From: Selaginella moellendorffii
Taxonomy: Eukaryota > Plantae > Lycopodiophyta
DNA: 64,000 nt
Direction: 5' to 3'
Assembly (NCBI RefSeq): GCF_000143415.4
Contig: NW_003314336.1
Coordinates: 175,296-239,295 of the forward strand
The notes below the pieces were generated by a model. That model was not told where the DNA came from. It ran no database searches and saw nothing but the letters and a program-made list of their open reading frames with translations. The translations under genes and the position numbers were made by a program. This document shows, piece by piece, positions 23,906 to 37,289 of the stretch. The stretch's first letter is position 1, and the number at the start of each line of letters is the position of its first letter.

Positions 23906-24041
23906 AGTGGGGTAGGAATATTCTGAGGAATATTCAACATGGTGGATCTAGAGGGAGAATCAAGGTTTGGTAGACCCTAAGAGAAGGACCATGGTGACTA
24001 GATGGTGGCCTAAGTATGATCGCAGACGATCATTCCCTGAC

Positions 24042-24157
24042 GAGGGGGAGGATTGTTAGGCACTAGGTCAGGATAATAGGATAAGGAAAGGGCCCTGCAA
24101 TCAAGTGATCACCCCTTTAGCCAGTTGGCTTAAGGTGTAAGGGATAGGATCCTAACA
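24042..24157 (+). mobile_element. PPT plus 104-bp mini-LTR (TRIM-like 3' end) abutting a gypsy LTR
   Basis: GAGGGGGAGGAT followed by TGTTAGG...CCTAACA (24054-24157). Its 3' part (AGTTGGCTTAAGG.G.AAG.GATA) is shared with the TRIM at 42476. Confidence 0.7.
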
Positions 24158-25186
24158 TCCCTAGACTAGCCAATGCCTCCTCTTGAGGTCCTCACCACCC
24201 AACCACCCCTGAGCTACCTCAAATACTGCACCACGCTGCTGCTCCACTATAAGCCTGTAGGATACTTACCCTACCATGCCTTAATATATCCTTGAGCTTT
24301 CCTGTGACCCACATTGACCACATGGTCAAAGCTAGCACTTAACAATTCATCCCCCCTCACCAAAGTCCTTGTACTAAGGACAAGTTGTACTAATGATCAT
24401 CCTTTTTGGGAAGCTTTGCTCAAGCTCCTGGTCCATCCTCCACAACCATATACACATTAGGCCCTTCACTTTGAGATAGTACACCTTTCAACTATCTGAC
24501 ATAAATTACTGAATGAATTTTCACCCCAACTAGCAGTTGCACCCAATAAGCTGGCTTACCAATGCATTCCAACACTTCATAGAGATCAGCATATCTATGA
24601 GAAAGTTTGTCACTCTTCCCACTCTGCAAAAGCACTAATGTGTTCCATCGCTCACTTGACAAAAAAATCACTTGCACAAAGACAAAATCTCCCACCTTGT
24701 ATTCTGGAATTGACTATACTTATTGGCAAACTTCTCTGCCCTATCCTAAGCCACCCATAAATTCCATTTGTACATAACCAGAATTTCATCAGGTTCTCAA
24801 GCCAGATTAGTCACCTCTATATCAAGCTTGTCATGAACATTCTTGTTCAAATGCAATCCCAACTCCAATACTGTTTAAGGATGCCTTCCAAAAATGACAA
24901 GGTAAGGACTCAACTTAATTCTACTATGTTGGTTATCTACTATGTAGGCGAATTGCACCAACAGAAAATATAATCCCACCTTTGGTGAATGCTACAATGT
25001 AATATATCCTCCACCACCTAATTCACACACTAAGTTTGCCCATTTGTTTGAGGATGATCTCCACTTGAGAACTTCAAAGTCATTTGCATAGCCTTTGCAA
25101 AGCTCTTTCAAAATCCACTTATGAACATTGAGTCTTGATCATGGATGATATCCTCTGGCAAACCAAAATCAAGAAAAACACCAAGC
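24158..25186 (-). mobile_element. Degenerate gypsy copy (integrase, PPT, normally oriented 3' LTR), same family as 11397-15925
   Basis: 24360-25180 is colinear with 11685-12522. PPT at 24356-24345 abuts the LTR start TGTTAAG at 24344 in direct orientation. Confidence 0.88.
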
Positions 25187-25645
25187 NNNNNNNNNNNNNN
25201 NNNNNNNNNNNNNNNNNNNNNNNNNNNNNNNNNNNNNNNNNNNNNNNNNNNNNNNNNNNNNNNNNNNNNNNNNNNNNNNNNNNNNNNNNNNNNNNNNNNN
25301 NNNNNNNNNNNNNNNNNNNNNNNNNNNNNNNNNNNNNNNNNNNNNNNNNNNNNNNNNNNNNNNNNNNNNNNNNNNNNNNNNNNNNNNNNNNNNNNNNNNN
25401 NNNNNNNNNNNNNNNNNNNNNNNNNNNNNNNNNNNNNNNNNNNNNNNNNNNNNNNNNNNNNNNNNNNNNNNNNNNNNNNNNNNNNNNNNNNNNNNNNNNN
25501 NNNNNNNNNNNNNNNNNNNNNNNNNNNNNNNNNNNNNNNNNNNNNNNNNNNNNNNNNNNNNNNNNNNNNNNNNNNNNNNNNNNNNNNNNNNNNNNNNNNN
25601 NNNNNNNNNNNNNNNNNNNNNNNNNNNNNNNNNNNNNNNNNNNNN
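25187..25645. other. Assembly gap (459 N)
   Basis: Run of N. Confidence 1.
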
Positions 25646-26707
25646 GAAAAACACAAGCTTTGAGCTTGAAAAAAAAAGTTCAGGACAAGGGAGAGATCCA
25701 GAGAAACATTATTGAAAGTCCATTTTTTGACAAGTTTTGGCAAATTTAAGAATACTCCAAAGAGACCAACCAAACGTCAGGACTCTTCACAGGATGTAGC
25801 ATCCAATCTAACCATAACAACACCAAATGGGAAGTGCAAGCTTCAAGTGTAAATGACATCTGTTGTGGTTTTATAAAACAAGTTAACAAGTTATTTGTTT
25901 GTGCATAGATTTCATGTGACTAAGAGGATGCTCAAACTCAGGGACACATTAGAATCTTATATTTTTGTTGGTAGTAGCTTGATCATCTAACCTTGTCATT
26001 ATGTCCATAGCTTGCATGGCAACTTTTGCTATTTATGCTACAATTTGGTTTGAGAATTAATGAAATTTCACAATAAAGAAAGCTCTAACTAAGATAACAG
26101 TGCAGGAAAAGAATAAGACAAAATTTTCAAGAATAAGAGACTCGCTTTAACTCAAAGAAATGCACCCAGTGAAGTTTTGTGATCCTCTTCATACAATAAG
26201 TCCCAGAAATTTTCCTAGCGACTTAGTTTTGAAAGTAACATGTATGCATCCAGCTCAAGCTTCCAGAGCTTGCAGCTGTAAATTTTAAAAATATCATCAG
26301 CATTGTGTTGTCACCACTTCCATAGAAAGCCAGTGCTTTACTGTTCTGCCATGCAACAAGATATAGCCGGCTCAGTGAGCGTCTTAAGACAATTAAGTGT
26401 GTCTAAGCAAAAAACTCACTTATTTACCCTCACACAGTTTAAGAGCTCTTATAGAAATCATATTTTCAAAGTTTGCCAATTAATTATGAGAATTGATTCA
26501 AAAATCACTGCTAACAAGGAACTTCATCACTTCAATTTTAATGTTCGAAATTCAATCTCACTTCTCCAGCAAGTTAAATAACGTAGATGAGAATCAGGGT
26601 AATTTCTTCGTTCAGTAAAAATGTTCACTTGAAGTGGCTATTTTATTTGATTGAAAGTAATACAAAACCCTAAACTTGGAACCAGCTTTAGGGCTCGTTA
26701 GAAGAAA

Positions 26708-28390
26708 ATGGGACATGAAGAGGATGTCAATTCAATTGAGGTCACGAATTATGATCTAGAGCGGATGCGAGGAATACCTCCGAATAATCGTTACGCAAAA
26801 TTCTTACGCAAGGTAGTGTTGTTGATGTGTACTTCGACCTGCAATTTTTCTTTTCAGAAAGAAGAACTTCGATCACTATCAAAGGAACGGTATAATAAAT
26901 GGCCTAATACAATTACAGCTATGCGGGAAAAAAGACTGGCGGACAGAAAAAGAGAGTTGCAGAAACAAGAGGTACACCTTTTCTTTATAGCTTTTCTTTA
27001 TACTTTTCTTAATATAAAGCTTTTAGGAGGAACTTTGCAAGCAAGACGTGATTGATGCTCAAAGCCGAGCAGAAAGACGAAGACATCAAGTAACATTTTC
27101 TGCCTTCTATTCCATTGGTTCTACTTACCACATATCGCCCATGTTCAGATAGCAAAGGCAAATAAAATGCTCCAGATTGCCCATCTCAGCAAAGCTCGCA
27201 AAAAACTGCTTATGTCTAGTATTCTTGAGGCCAGTTTCGTCCCTCTAGGTGGTACATCCTGACAAAAAACTTCTCTAATTTAGGAACGAGAAGCTCAAAT
27301 AAATTATAGAAATAAAATCGATAAGTTATGGCAAAAGCAAGAAGAGAAGTGGGCCAATTTTCAGAAACGGCAAAGAGAAGCATGGAAACGTGAGGAGGAA
27401 GCTGAACAAAAAAAGAAAAACGAAGATGTTCAGATTTTGAAGTTAGGCCGGCTTGAACAAGTATGCTCGGTGTTTCCCAATCTTGAGTTGCTGGTTTCTT
27501 TCTTGCTGCAATAAGCTCGAGGAAAGGAAGGCACGGCGCCAAAACCTCAAGGAAATTCAAGAGCAAGACAAGATTCAGTTGAATAGACAGGCAAAGGAGG
27601 ATGAAGAAGTTGCAAAAGCAAAAGAAGAAATCAGGAAAAAGAAAGTCATTGAAGCAAGAAGCGATTTTATTGCTAGTAATGAGGACCAGCGGATGCGAAA
27701 AGAAGCAGAAAAGAAAAGGCTAAAAGAAATGGACAAGAAGATTGAGGAGTTTGCCGCATACAGGGACAGGGTTGACCAGCAAAGAAAAGATGAACGTGTC
27801 AGAAAGGAAGCAGAGAAGCTCTCTCAGCGCGAAACGATGCTTATGAGGCTAGAAAAACAGCTCTTAGAAGCTAGGACAGATACAGAGAAGCGTTTATGGT
27901 CCCAGGAAGCCGCACATAAGGCCGCTGAAGACAAAAAGCTGCAGGAAAAAGCAGATAGAGCTCTAGCAGACTGGGTTAAATGCGATCGCTCTCGGCAACA
28001 ACAGGTAAGAGAACTTTTCTTCTAGTTCTTACCAAACTCAGCTTTTGATAACAGATTAAACTTCGAAAGGACAGGCTTGCAAGAGACAAAAACGATGAAA
28101 TGGAAGAGGCTATGGGTGTCCGGGAGAGGCTACAAATTATTGAAGCAGAAGAGAAAGCAGAGACGAGAAGAGCACGAGAAAACAACACTTATTTTGCCAA
28201 GGAGAACCTGAAGATCGCAGTATGCTTACTTTCAGAGTATTCAAAACCACCAATGTATTTTTCTTGACAGGCAGAGCGCCTAGACAGAGAAAAACGTGAA
28301 AGGGAGAACGAGAAAAAGGATTATCAGAGCGCGTTTGAAGCAATGGAACGTGATGAAATTCCTGAGGACTATATCTTTGTTGAGGAATAA
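26708..28390 (+). CDS. CFAP210: Cilia- and flagella-associated protein 210 (CCDC173)-like coiled-coil/TPH-domain protein, ~437 aa, 8 exons
   Basis: Exons 26708-26812, 26858-26971, 27027-27089, 27149-27229, 27284-27460, 27516-28004, 28055-28219 and 28271-28390 splice into one open frame; all introns phase 0, 45-59 bp. LSKERYNKWPNTITAMREKRL and LLMSSILEEREAQI match CFAP210 signatures (W.NT..G/A and LLS....ER.AQI) as I recall them. Confidence 0.8.
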
Positions 28391-28559
28391 TTAACTATAA
28401 AGCGTTTTATTGTCCCTTGCATAGAGGGTAATTGCTTTTTCTGTTGTGAGTGTCTTAGCTGTCTGGATAGTAGCTGCTACATGAAGCATAGCAAGCCCTT
28501 GAAGCTACTGGCTCAATCAGCAATAATAAAAATTATAGAGCCTTCGAAATTTCTTGGGC

Positions 28560-29130
28560 TGTCATTGGCTGCTGATTTCCTTTTTCCCACATTGTGTTTT
28601 CTGTGTGTCTGGGAGGACTCAGAGATTTGTCCAGTGTCTCGGTCATTTTACTGTTGGGACGGTGCTGGGGAGACATGGATGCAGATTTGCATGAAGAGGG
28701 ACTGATTAGGGGCGGAAATTGGTGTCCCTATCTAGGAAAGTGGTGGGCCATGATCGTTGAGCAGTGTGGAGAGCTACTCCAGTACAAGCAATCTGGGAGG
28801 CGAGGAATAACAATCAGTTTGACAGGGTCCTGCCCCAATCTCGGCAGTGATGGGGGTTTGGTGGAGGCTGTCTTTAGCGGCCTGTTCGGCTTAGATACTC
28901 CACTCTTCAGGAGCAGGGCAAGGCAATGGGAGCTTGGCAGGCCAAGTGGCTCCCGTGTTATGGCACGGATGCGGCTGATGGCGTCTCATGGAAGTGGAGA
29001 CCTCCGGACATGATTCCGAAAGCGGCACGAGGGGGAGACATGGAACTGGACGCTGTTTGGAGGCGATGGCCATGGCCCTTGCTCTTCCAGGACTCAACTT
29101 AGGCCAGCGTTGGGCACGAGGCACTCACTG
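28560..29130 (+). mobile_element. LINE (L1-like) ORF2 C-terminal remnant
   Basis: LCFLC...CPVSRSF (zf-RVT-like) followed by LQAIWEARNNNQF (the IW..RN...F motif). GC-rich and frameshifted. Confidence 0.55.
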
Positions 29131-31679
29131 ATTCCCACAATTTTGTATTGGTCCCTAAGGGAGAATTTACATACACCTTACACTAAATGATGACTATAAT
29201 CTCTAAACTAAGAGTAACCTAGAAAGTACAAGAATAGAACTCCAAGTTGGTATATTTAGAGATGCCATGCAAACTTTAGCAACATCCATTTCCAGATGGA
29301 AAAGGACATTACAAAGGAAATGGTTAACAGGCTAGCCATAAAGTGAAAACACAACATTGGTCCATGTGTCACTTGTATATTCTTCTTTCTCACAAACACT
29401 AGCAATTCCATCTGAATGGAGAAAAGGTATTTGGATGTTAATTCTAATCTAAAGACCACCTAAAACATTCTAACACCGCCTTTGGAGAAAATAAGACCGC
29501 CTCATGTGAGATTAACACAAGATTATGACAGAGGGAAGGGCACTATCCCTCTAGGATTACTCCTAAGGGGAGGGAAGTTGTGCTGTCCTCCCCAAACTCA
29601 CTAAATTAGAATGAACAACAAAGCATGAAAAAAAAAACATACCCTTTTAAACTTTTAATTACGTTTCAATGTTATACTAGCAAGGAATCATGCTATGCTG
29701 GACCAGATAAAAATGAGTTTTCAAAAAATAAGTTTTCAAAAGATGTTCTATTGGGATAGGAAATGTGTGAATTTGCAAATCTATCTTAATCATGTATACA
29801 TATACATAAGCCTTTATTTACACACTTACATCCAATTTACTAATTACCATTTCCAAGTCTCAAAGGGGAAGATCATAAAGCCTAATTTTATGATAGCAAA
29901 GAGGTTTTTTTTAAGAATATATATAATGTTCTTTCAAAATAGGTTTACAAAAAGTAATTGTCTGTGACACAGAAGAAAAGTCTTTATGGTTCTGAGTCTT
30001 TCAATTCCTTCTCATGCCTCTTGAGATCTTAGCAAAAAATAATTTCAGCCAACTCTTAGCTTTAGCACTCATTGTCATGTTTCCAATCCAAATACAAAGT
30101 GACAAGGAAAAAGAGAGGCCATATTGATTCACTGATCAAACCTGTCAACCAAATCATTTTTTTCTCTTTAAATTCTTCTTGAAGGTTTGAATCATAGCAA
30201 GACTCAGCTCTGACCTTTGCATTCCATCTTTTTTAAACAAAGGAGTAAACAAAATGTCCTCATGATAGAGAACTTGATGTTGTTAAACTCATTCACTGTT
30301 TGAGTGCTAACCAGAAATATGAATCTCAAGAAAGCATCTATTGGACCTTTAAGTCGTTTTCAAAGTGAAGATAGAGAATCAAAGCAAGGAAACTTGAGAT
30401 TTAATGGACACCATCTTCACGTTTGGAGTCAATGCGAACACCTTATCAACTACCTTTTTGGATCATTATCTCATCCCTTTCTACCTTAAGTCATTATCAT
30501 TTACATTTTCTCACTGCTTTAGCTTCTAGCTCTCCAACCTCTTTCCAGGCCACATTCTTATATCACCATAAGATGCTAGATCCTTATCAAGATCTATCAT
30601 GGATTTGATTTGAACTGTGACACAAAACAAGTGGAGCTAGGATCATTTAATACAGCATGCACTGTATCAACAGTAAGACTAACCTTGAACGTTTGGATTG
30701 ATGTCCACCAACCAGATGATTCTCTGGAAAAATTCGTAAAAAGACAAAAGAGATTGCATGTAATATAGCAGGAAAAAAAATGTAAAACAAAAAGAAAAAT
30801 TTAGACAAAAGTTACATATCGCTGTTACCATATTGCTGATTGATTGCATCATCTCATGAGGAAAGGCTAAAAGAATCAGAAAAAGGAGCGGAAATAAAAA
30901 AAGAGAGAGATCTCCTGGAGATGGAACCAAGAGAAAACTATCAAGTGGTGCAAGAAAAGGGAGGGAGTTGATAGCCCAGTGGTGGTAATATAAAATAAAT
31001 GAATGAGAGAAACAAAAAGGTTTACTATTGGAGAAAACATCTCATATCACTCTAATCTCAACATCAACATTAAGGCATCATTTTAATATTATTAACACCA
31101 TAACAAAGTTAGTAAGAGTGAACCACCACTCAAGCTCTTTAACAACTAAATTAACTAAAATTTTGTCTATTGAAAGGTTTGGATCAATCCCTCTATCATA
31201 AAAATTGTGCAAGCCACGTTCAAAAGCAAGAAGCGGAGGGAGAGATGTCAGAATTAGAAGAAATTGATAGAGAATTCGTTTGGCAATTTTTTTCTTGTTA
31301 GAAGATTGATTGAAGGATAGAAGATGACCTCCTAGATTTCTTCAAAGATGTTATATTCTATTTTCTCTCGCACAATGCTGGTGGCTGTGTTGCATCCACC
31401 CTTTTCCCTTGCCTGAAGAAATAAGGACCCAAACATGATGCAGCACACAAACATAACATGTTATTTGGTCCCTACCAAATCACAAGAATCTTGACCTCTC
31501 AAATTAATTTATTCTCTATATGCTGTTTTGATAGTCTTGTGGTGCCCATCGTCAAGCACAGACTGATGAATGCAAAATGCAAAGGTTTGTGCACTTTGAT
31601 GATGATGCTCCATGCTCGACACTCAAAGTTTACCTTTAATTAACTCATAAAAACAAGGGTTTGGGGATGGGCATGGCCA

Positions 31680-32166
<487 letters not shown>

Positions 32167-32190
32167 TAGTTGATCCTTTGATGGGAAGTA

Positions 32191-32607
32191 TCACCGGGTT
32201 ATGAATGCTCTTGCTGCATCTCTTGCATGGTCTGGCAAGGTGATGGTGGCACTCTGCTTCCGCATCCAACCATGCACAACATTATCCACCGATATGCTCA
32301 TGCTGGGATCCCTTGGATTCAGCACCCATCTCTTTTCTAGGCAATCCTTCGTATATCCGGAACTTGGCTTGAACCACTCCACAGTTACATTGAAGGAGTT
32401 AGTTTCTGCGTCCTCCTCTGCATCAGTGATGCAGCGCCCCACCCATATCATTTGTTTTTTATTACTGGGTCTGACAAGCACGACCATTCCTTTGCAGACC
32501 TGTACTGGATTGAATGCTCTGCAAATATTTGTCTGAAATGCTGGTAGCACCTGAAAGTTGTGACACACAGGGAGCTTCAGGAAGCAAATCTTTTTGAACA
32601 GGTCCAA
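32191..32607 (-). other. Unidentified protein-like 3' exon or remnant
   Basis: VVLVRP...IWVGRC...VEWFKP...W..NP.DP...S.D.VVHGW reads like a globular beta-rich domain and follows a TGCAG acceptor near 32495. Family not recognised. Confidence 0.35.
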
Positions 32608-33255
32608 GCACTTTCTGTTTCAGGTTCTAGAGCAGAGCTTTTAGCTCTTTGCAGCACCTCCATTGTGGCCTGGAGATTCGAGAGTTCCATATGTGCTATA
32701 TCCCAGTCAAGGTGAGAAGGTTGGTGCTCAACAAATCAAGCTTCCTGGACAGCTCCATAGCCTCCTTGTAGTACTGCAGTGCTCTCTCAGGCTTCTTGTG
32801 CCATATAAGCTGTGAGCCAAGGTCCATCTTTGTGTTCATCACCAGCTTCTCCACTCCTGGGACTCAGTCGTAGGTGGTGATAGTGATCTTCAACTCTTCT
32901 CCTTATCGAGTAGTTGACGTGATCATGCCACCTTCATCAAAAACAACAACTTAAACTCAAGAAAGTTCATCAAAGAAAAAACCTTGGCAAGGCACACTTG
33001 AGCTCTTGGCGAGAGCTCTCAATTGTATCTTGGCAGTCGAGAGGAGGAGTGCCCTAGGAGGAGTCTTGCATTCCCTAGGGCATAGCAGGTGGCTCTAGCT
33101 TTGAGGAGGAGTCACCTGGAAGGCAGAGGGACCATGAGCAGCACCAAGACTTCTGTGCTCAAGAGAGTTTTGCCTTGTATTATTTTTAGTGTATATACAT
33201 GTTTATCTAGGTGAGAGCTCTTAAAGGATTGGTGGAAGCATCTGGATTAAAGTGT

Positions 33256-34078
33256 TGTGAGACACAAATCCCTAAGCCCTAAAGTGGAGCTGAAAGGGTG
33301 CCACATGATAGTGGTTGAAGTGGAAGTCTATGAAACATAAAATGTTGGGACCAAAAGCTTCGACTTGGGAAGTCGAGAACGGGAGTGGAACTCCGAACAC
33401 AGTGCTTGAGGAATTAGCACAAAACAATTGGTGAATGAGTCTTTAAAAAGGGCACAAGAAAGACTGACACATGGCAAGTGTTGTGAAAGTGTCAGGAACA
33501 AGTCCAAGAAGGAGTCTGGGAAAGAGTTTGAGAAAGAGTCTAAGATGGAGTTCATGAAGGAGTCCAAGAAGGAGATGGAGTCCGAGAAAGAGTCTATGAT
33601 GGAGTTTGAGAAGGAGTCTAAGAAGGAAATGAAGTCTGAGATGGAATCCAATATGGACCTAAGATGGAGTTTAAAATGAATTTCAAGGTAGACCCAAGAT
33701 GGACCCAAGATGGACCTGAGAGGAAGTCCAAGATGGACTTGAGATGGACTCAAAATGGAGTTCAAGATAGAGCCGATATGAACCCAAGATGAAGACTAAC
33801 ACCGAGATCAAGACCGAGTCTAAATCCAAATCCAAGTCTGGGTCCAAGTCCGAGTCCGGGGGTGAAAGCCCAAAGCGATCATCTCCTAGACCTTGGGGGA
33901 TTTGGTGAACTCCAAAAGTATAGTAGAGGGAGGACTCCAATGGAGCCTATTTATTCAGGAAAGGCCAGTGTGACCAAGGAAGGCTATACCCACGTGTTGG
34001 GTAATAATATAACAACTAAGGAGTGCAAGGCTAGAGTGAATATAGACAGATAAGTGGGGCAGCTTGGTGAAGTGTTCA
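33256..34078 (+). mobile_element. Family M LTR, 3'-truncated
   Basis: Starts TGTGAGACACAAATCCC; reverse complement of ~36020-36796. Confidence 0.85.
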
Positions 34079-35249
34079 ACAAAAGATAAGGCTTGAAATC
34101 AAGTTGGTTGATTCATAAGAACTCTTTGCCAAAGGAATTTCAATAGAAATGGGATTGGCATATCCTAAGCTGAAAGGCATGTGATTTGAGTGTGTGAACT
34201 CAAATAATGATGGATGTGTGGAAGCATTAGTAATGAGTTGTAGGATTTGACAATTATGAGGCAACTAAGAAAAATATATAGTATAATTGATTGAATTGGT
34301 GGAAGTTAACTTCCCAAAATGTCTTATTGGGATAAGAAGGATTATAGATATATCCCTTGAGGGATAAACTACTTATGTTGCAATATAGTGAATCAATGCT
34401 CATTGTTAAAGAAGTCCATCATTGGGATATCTAAGCACTCTTAAACACCCAGGAAGTAGTGTTGGGTATCATGAGGGCATTAGATAAAACTCCAAGGACT
34501 AAGTCCCTAAAGAATAATGGATACAAAATGCTATCCAATGTCCAAAGTTGCAGAAAGTTAAAGACATGAGAAGTCCATCTATCCAAAATTGGACAAAGCC
34601 AAAAAAGGATTTTGGTTAGGCTAGTGATGGGCACACAAAGGCCCATAAGTAGCAGAGGTAATCCTAATGTGTGAGATTACAAAGTGAGCATATCTGGTTT
34701 GAAGAACCACTCTCTAGGCCATTCGGTAGCTTTATCCATAATAATACTTGATAAGGCATCGTAGAATGTGCAAAACTATTATCCTAGCTTAGAGGAAGAA
34801 TAACCAAAGAGAACGTATAAAGCCGAAAGTAAGTAATAAAAGGATAAAACTGAACTATAGGAATGGAAGGGTATAGCTAAGGGTGGTCATGCAAGTTGAG
34901 AGTGGAGAATCAAGCAGATGCTCAAAGGTGTTACTATTAGTAATCATGGAGCCATAAAGAATCTAAAGTGTAGAATTGCCTATGTTAGACCTTATGGTAG
35001 TTGAAAAGCTTGTGAAAGGAGAAGCTTTAGAAAGATAAGGGACAAAATCCCTTCAAGGATCCTAAAGACAATTCTAGGTAGGTTAATACTTAGAAAAATA
35101 AATATAAATAGTTTATTGGAACACACAAAAATGTGGTCTTCAAGCTTGTAATTATGCAAGGCTATCAAGGTTAGGGAACTAGTTCCCAAGTGTTCAAAGA
35201 CATGGCTTTGAATGAAAGTCAAGGGTTAAAGATTTTCACACTAGTAAGG

Positions 35250-36358
35250 TGTAAGTGACTAATTTTTCCATTCTACTTTAGTCATTTAACCATACCTTCG
35301 ACAACTTGGAGGAGTCTCACTCACAACCTCCATATGTCCTATTTTGGACTTGGGCTTGCTAGCCCCAAGAATGGCATCCCTGCCACTCAACCTTTGCACT
35401 TGGTCCAAATGCTCCACGTGTCCGATCCCATGACCGACACCCCAAGGCACCACCGACATATCGGCCCGTTATGCTAAGGCCATGCCCATTCACCTTGGTC
35501 ACATCAGTGGTTTGACACCACCTACATCACAGTCCCGTCTCTTAAAGACTGGGCCATCCGTCCATGAGTGATCATCCCAGATCCACTCCTTAGCATCCCT
35601 AGGATGCCCATAGACATGGGGAATAGCCTCCCCAATATCCCCTTTTCGGTCCCCACCAAGTCCCTTTTTGCCCATGGTCGTGTTCGCTAACACTGCCACT
35701 GGACCAAGGCCCACAGGCCCGACTACTAAGTCCCACAGTCCTCTGAGACTTCCTCTTCATATGACCATATCCTTGGTCTCTACACTATAGGATGGCTCCT
35801 TTAACTTTTCACAGTCTGGGACCTTGGGGTAATATTTTGGAACACCGTGGCTTTAAGCGAGCCTCATGGGTACTCTCCCCACCTTCTGCCTTTAGGTGCT
35901 CTAGCCATGGGCTTAGAGCGAGGTTTTGTTGAGCCACGCCAGGTATCCAAGTAGGTAGTGCCACCCACACTTGGACTGAGAGAATCGGCCAGTCGATCTC
36001 CTGAGGGAACTAGAGCCGGCTCTTGAACACTTCACCAAACTACCCCATTTGTCGGTCTGTGTTCACTCTAGTCTTGGACTTCCTAGTGGGCAGCTCATCA
36101 CCCAACACTGGGTACAGCCTTTCTGGGCCAAACTGGCCTTTTCTGGCCAAACTGGCTCCACTGCAGTCCTCCCCCTACTATACTTTTGGAGCTCACCAAA
36201 GCCCATAGGGTCTGGGAGACGAACGCTTTTGGCTTTCACCCTCTCAGACTCAAATTCGGACTCGTACTCAGACTCGGACTCGGACTCGGACTCGGGCTCG
36301 GGCTTGGTCTCGGCCTCGGTCTCGGTCCCGATCTCGGTCTCGATCCCGGTCTCGGTCC

Positions 36359-36389
<31 letters not shown>

Positions 36390-36796
36390 AGTCCCGGTAC
36401 TCCATCTCGATTCCTTCTCGGACTCCATCTCGGATTCTATCTCGGACTCCATCTCGAGTCCATCTTGGACTCCTACTCGGGTCCATCTCGGACTCCACCT
36501 CGGACTCCAACTCGGACTCCATCTCAGACTCCATCTCAGACTCCAACTCGGTCTCCATCTCGAACACTTCCACGTGTCATGTGTTGGTCCTTTTGGGTCC
36601 CTTTTTGGAGCCTCGCTTATTGTTCGCTTTGTGCTCGTTCCTCAAGCACTTTGGTTGGAGTTCCACTCCCACTCTCGACCTTTCAAGTCGGAACTTTTAG
36701 TCCAAACATGTTACGCTTGTTTGGTTTTCACTTTGGCCACTACCATATGGCACCCTTCCATCTCCACTTTGGGGCCTAAAGATTTTGTGTCTCACA
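35250..36796 (-). mobile_element. Family M solo LTR (1547 bp) inserted in an old pol remnant
   Basis: TGTAAG...CTCACA termini; TSD TAAGG/TCAGG. Best-preserved copy, with hexamer (GACTCG, GTCTCG) and 12-mer (GGACTCCATCTC) arrays at 36245-36565. Confidence 0.9.
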
Positions 36797-37289
36797 TCAG
36801 GGTGACTTGCTAAGCGAGATTGGCAAGTCGAGGGAACAAAGCCCATATTTGAAGGTGTTGACTTCCAAAAGGGATGGCCTATGGGGCCAAGTATGGAGGA
36901 GTTTATGCAAGATCACAAACTTTTTCAAGTGAGAGGACTTGGTAGTTTAGAAGAACTAAGTTTGTAAACTGTGATCTATAGCATGCTTTGGGTCTAAATT
37001 AGTGCACCGGCGTGGGGAGTCATGCCAGGCATCCTAGGTGATGTTGTCTATAGAGCTATTAGTAATGGTGTGACTTGGTTAAGGTGACTAAGTGGTTAGG
37101 ACACATAAGGGAAATGAGTTGTGTTAATGCGATGGTATATTGAGTCCAAAAAAGTAGTTTCTACAAAAGACCTATGAGAGGGTCACAAAGTTTGCTATGG
37201 AACCAAAAAGATACCTTGAGGATGGAGGTAGTGATTCTATGTTGTTTGGTGCAACAAGAAAAGGATAGGAACAAAAGACTAGTGGCAGG

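Noticed and set aside
23684-25773. ORFs of 78-221 aa made largely of X
   Set aside because: Artefacts of translating across N gaps.
29145-29480. Possible additional LTR (TGTATTGG...CTAACA followed by CCGCCTTT)
   Set aside because: No second copy or TSD found in the window; support too weak to call.
36023-36813. Long ORFs rich in SD/GL/ET dipeptides (also 20665-20951, 33328-33940, 38821-39616, 40654-41265, 49159-49732, 62596-63000)
   Set aside because: Open in several frames because 6/12-bp tandem repeats within LTRs lack stops; no domain signal.
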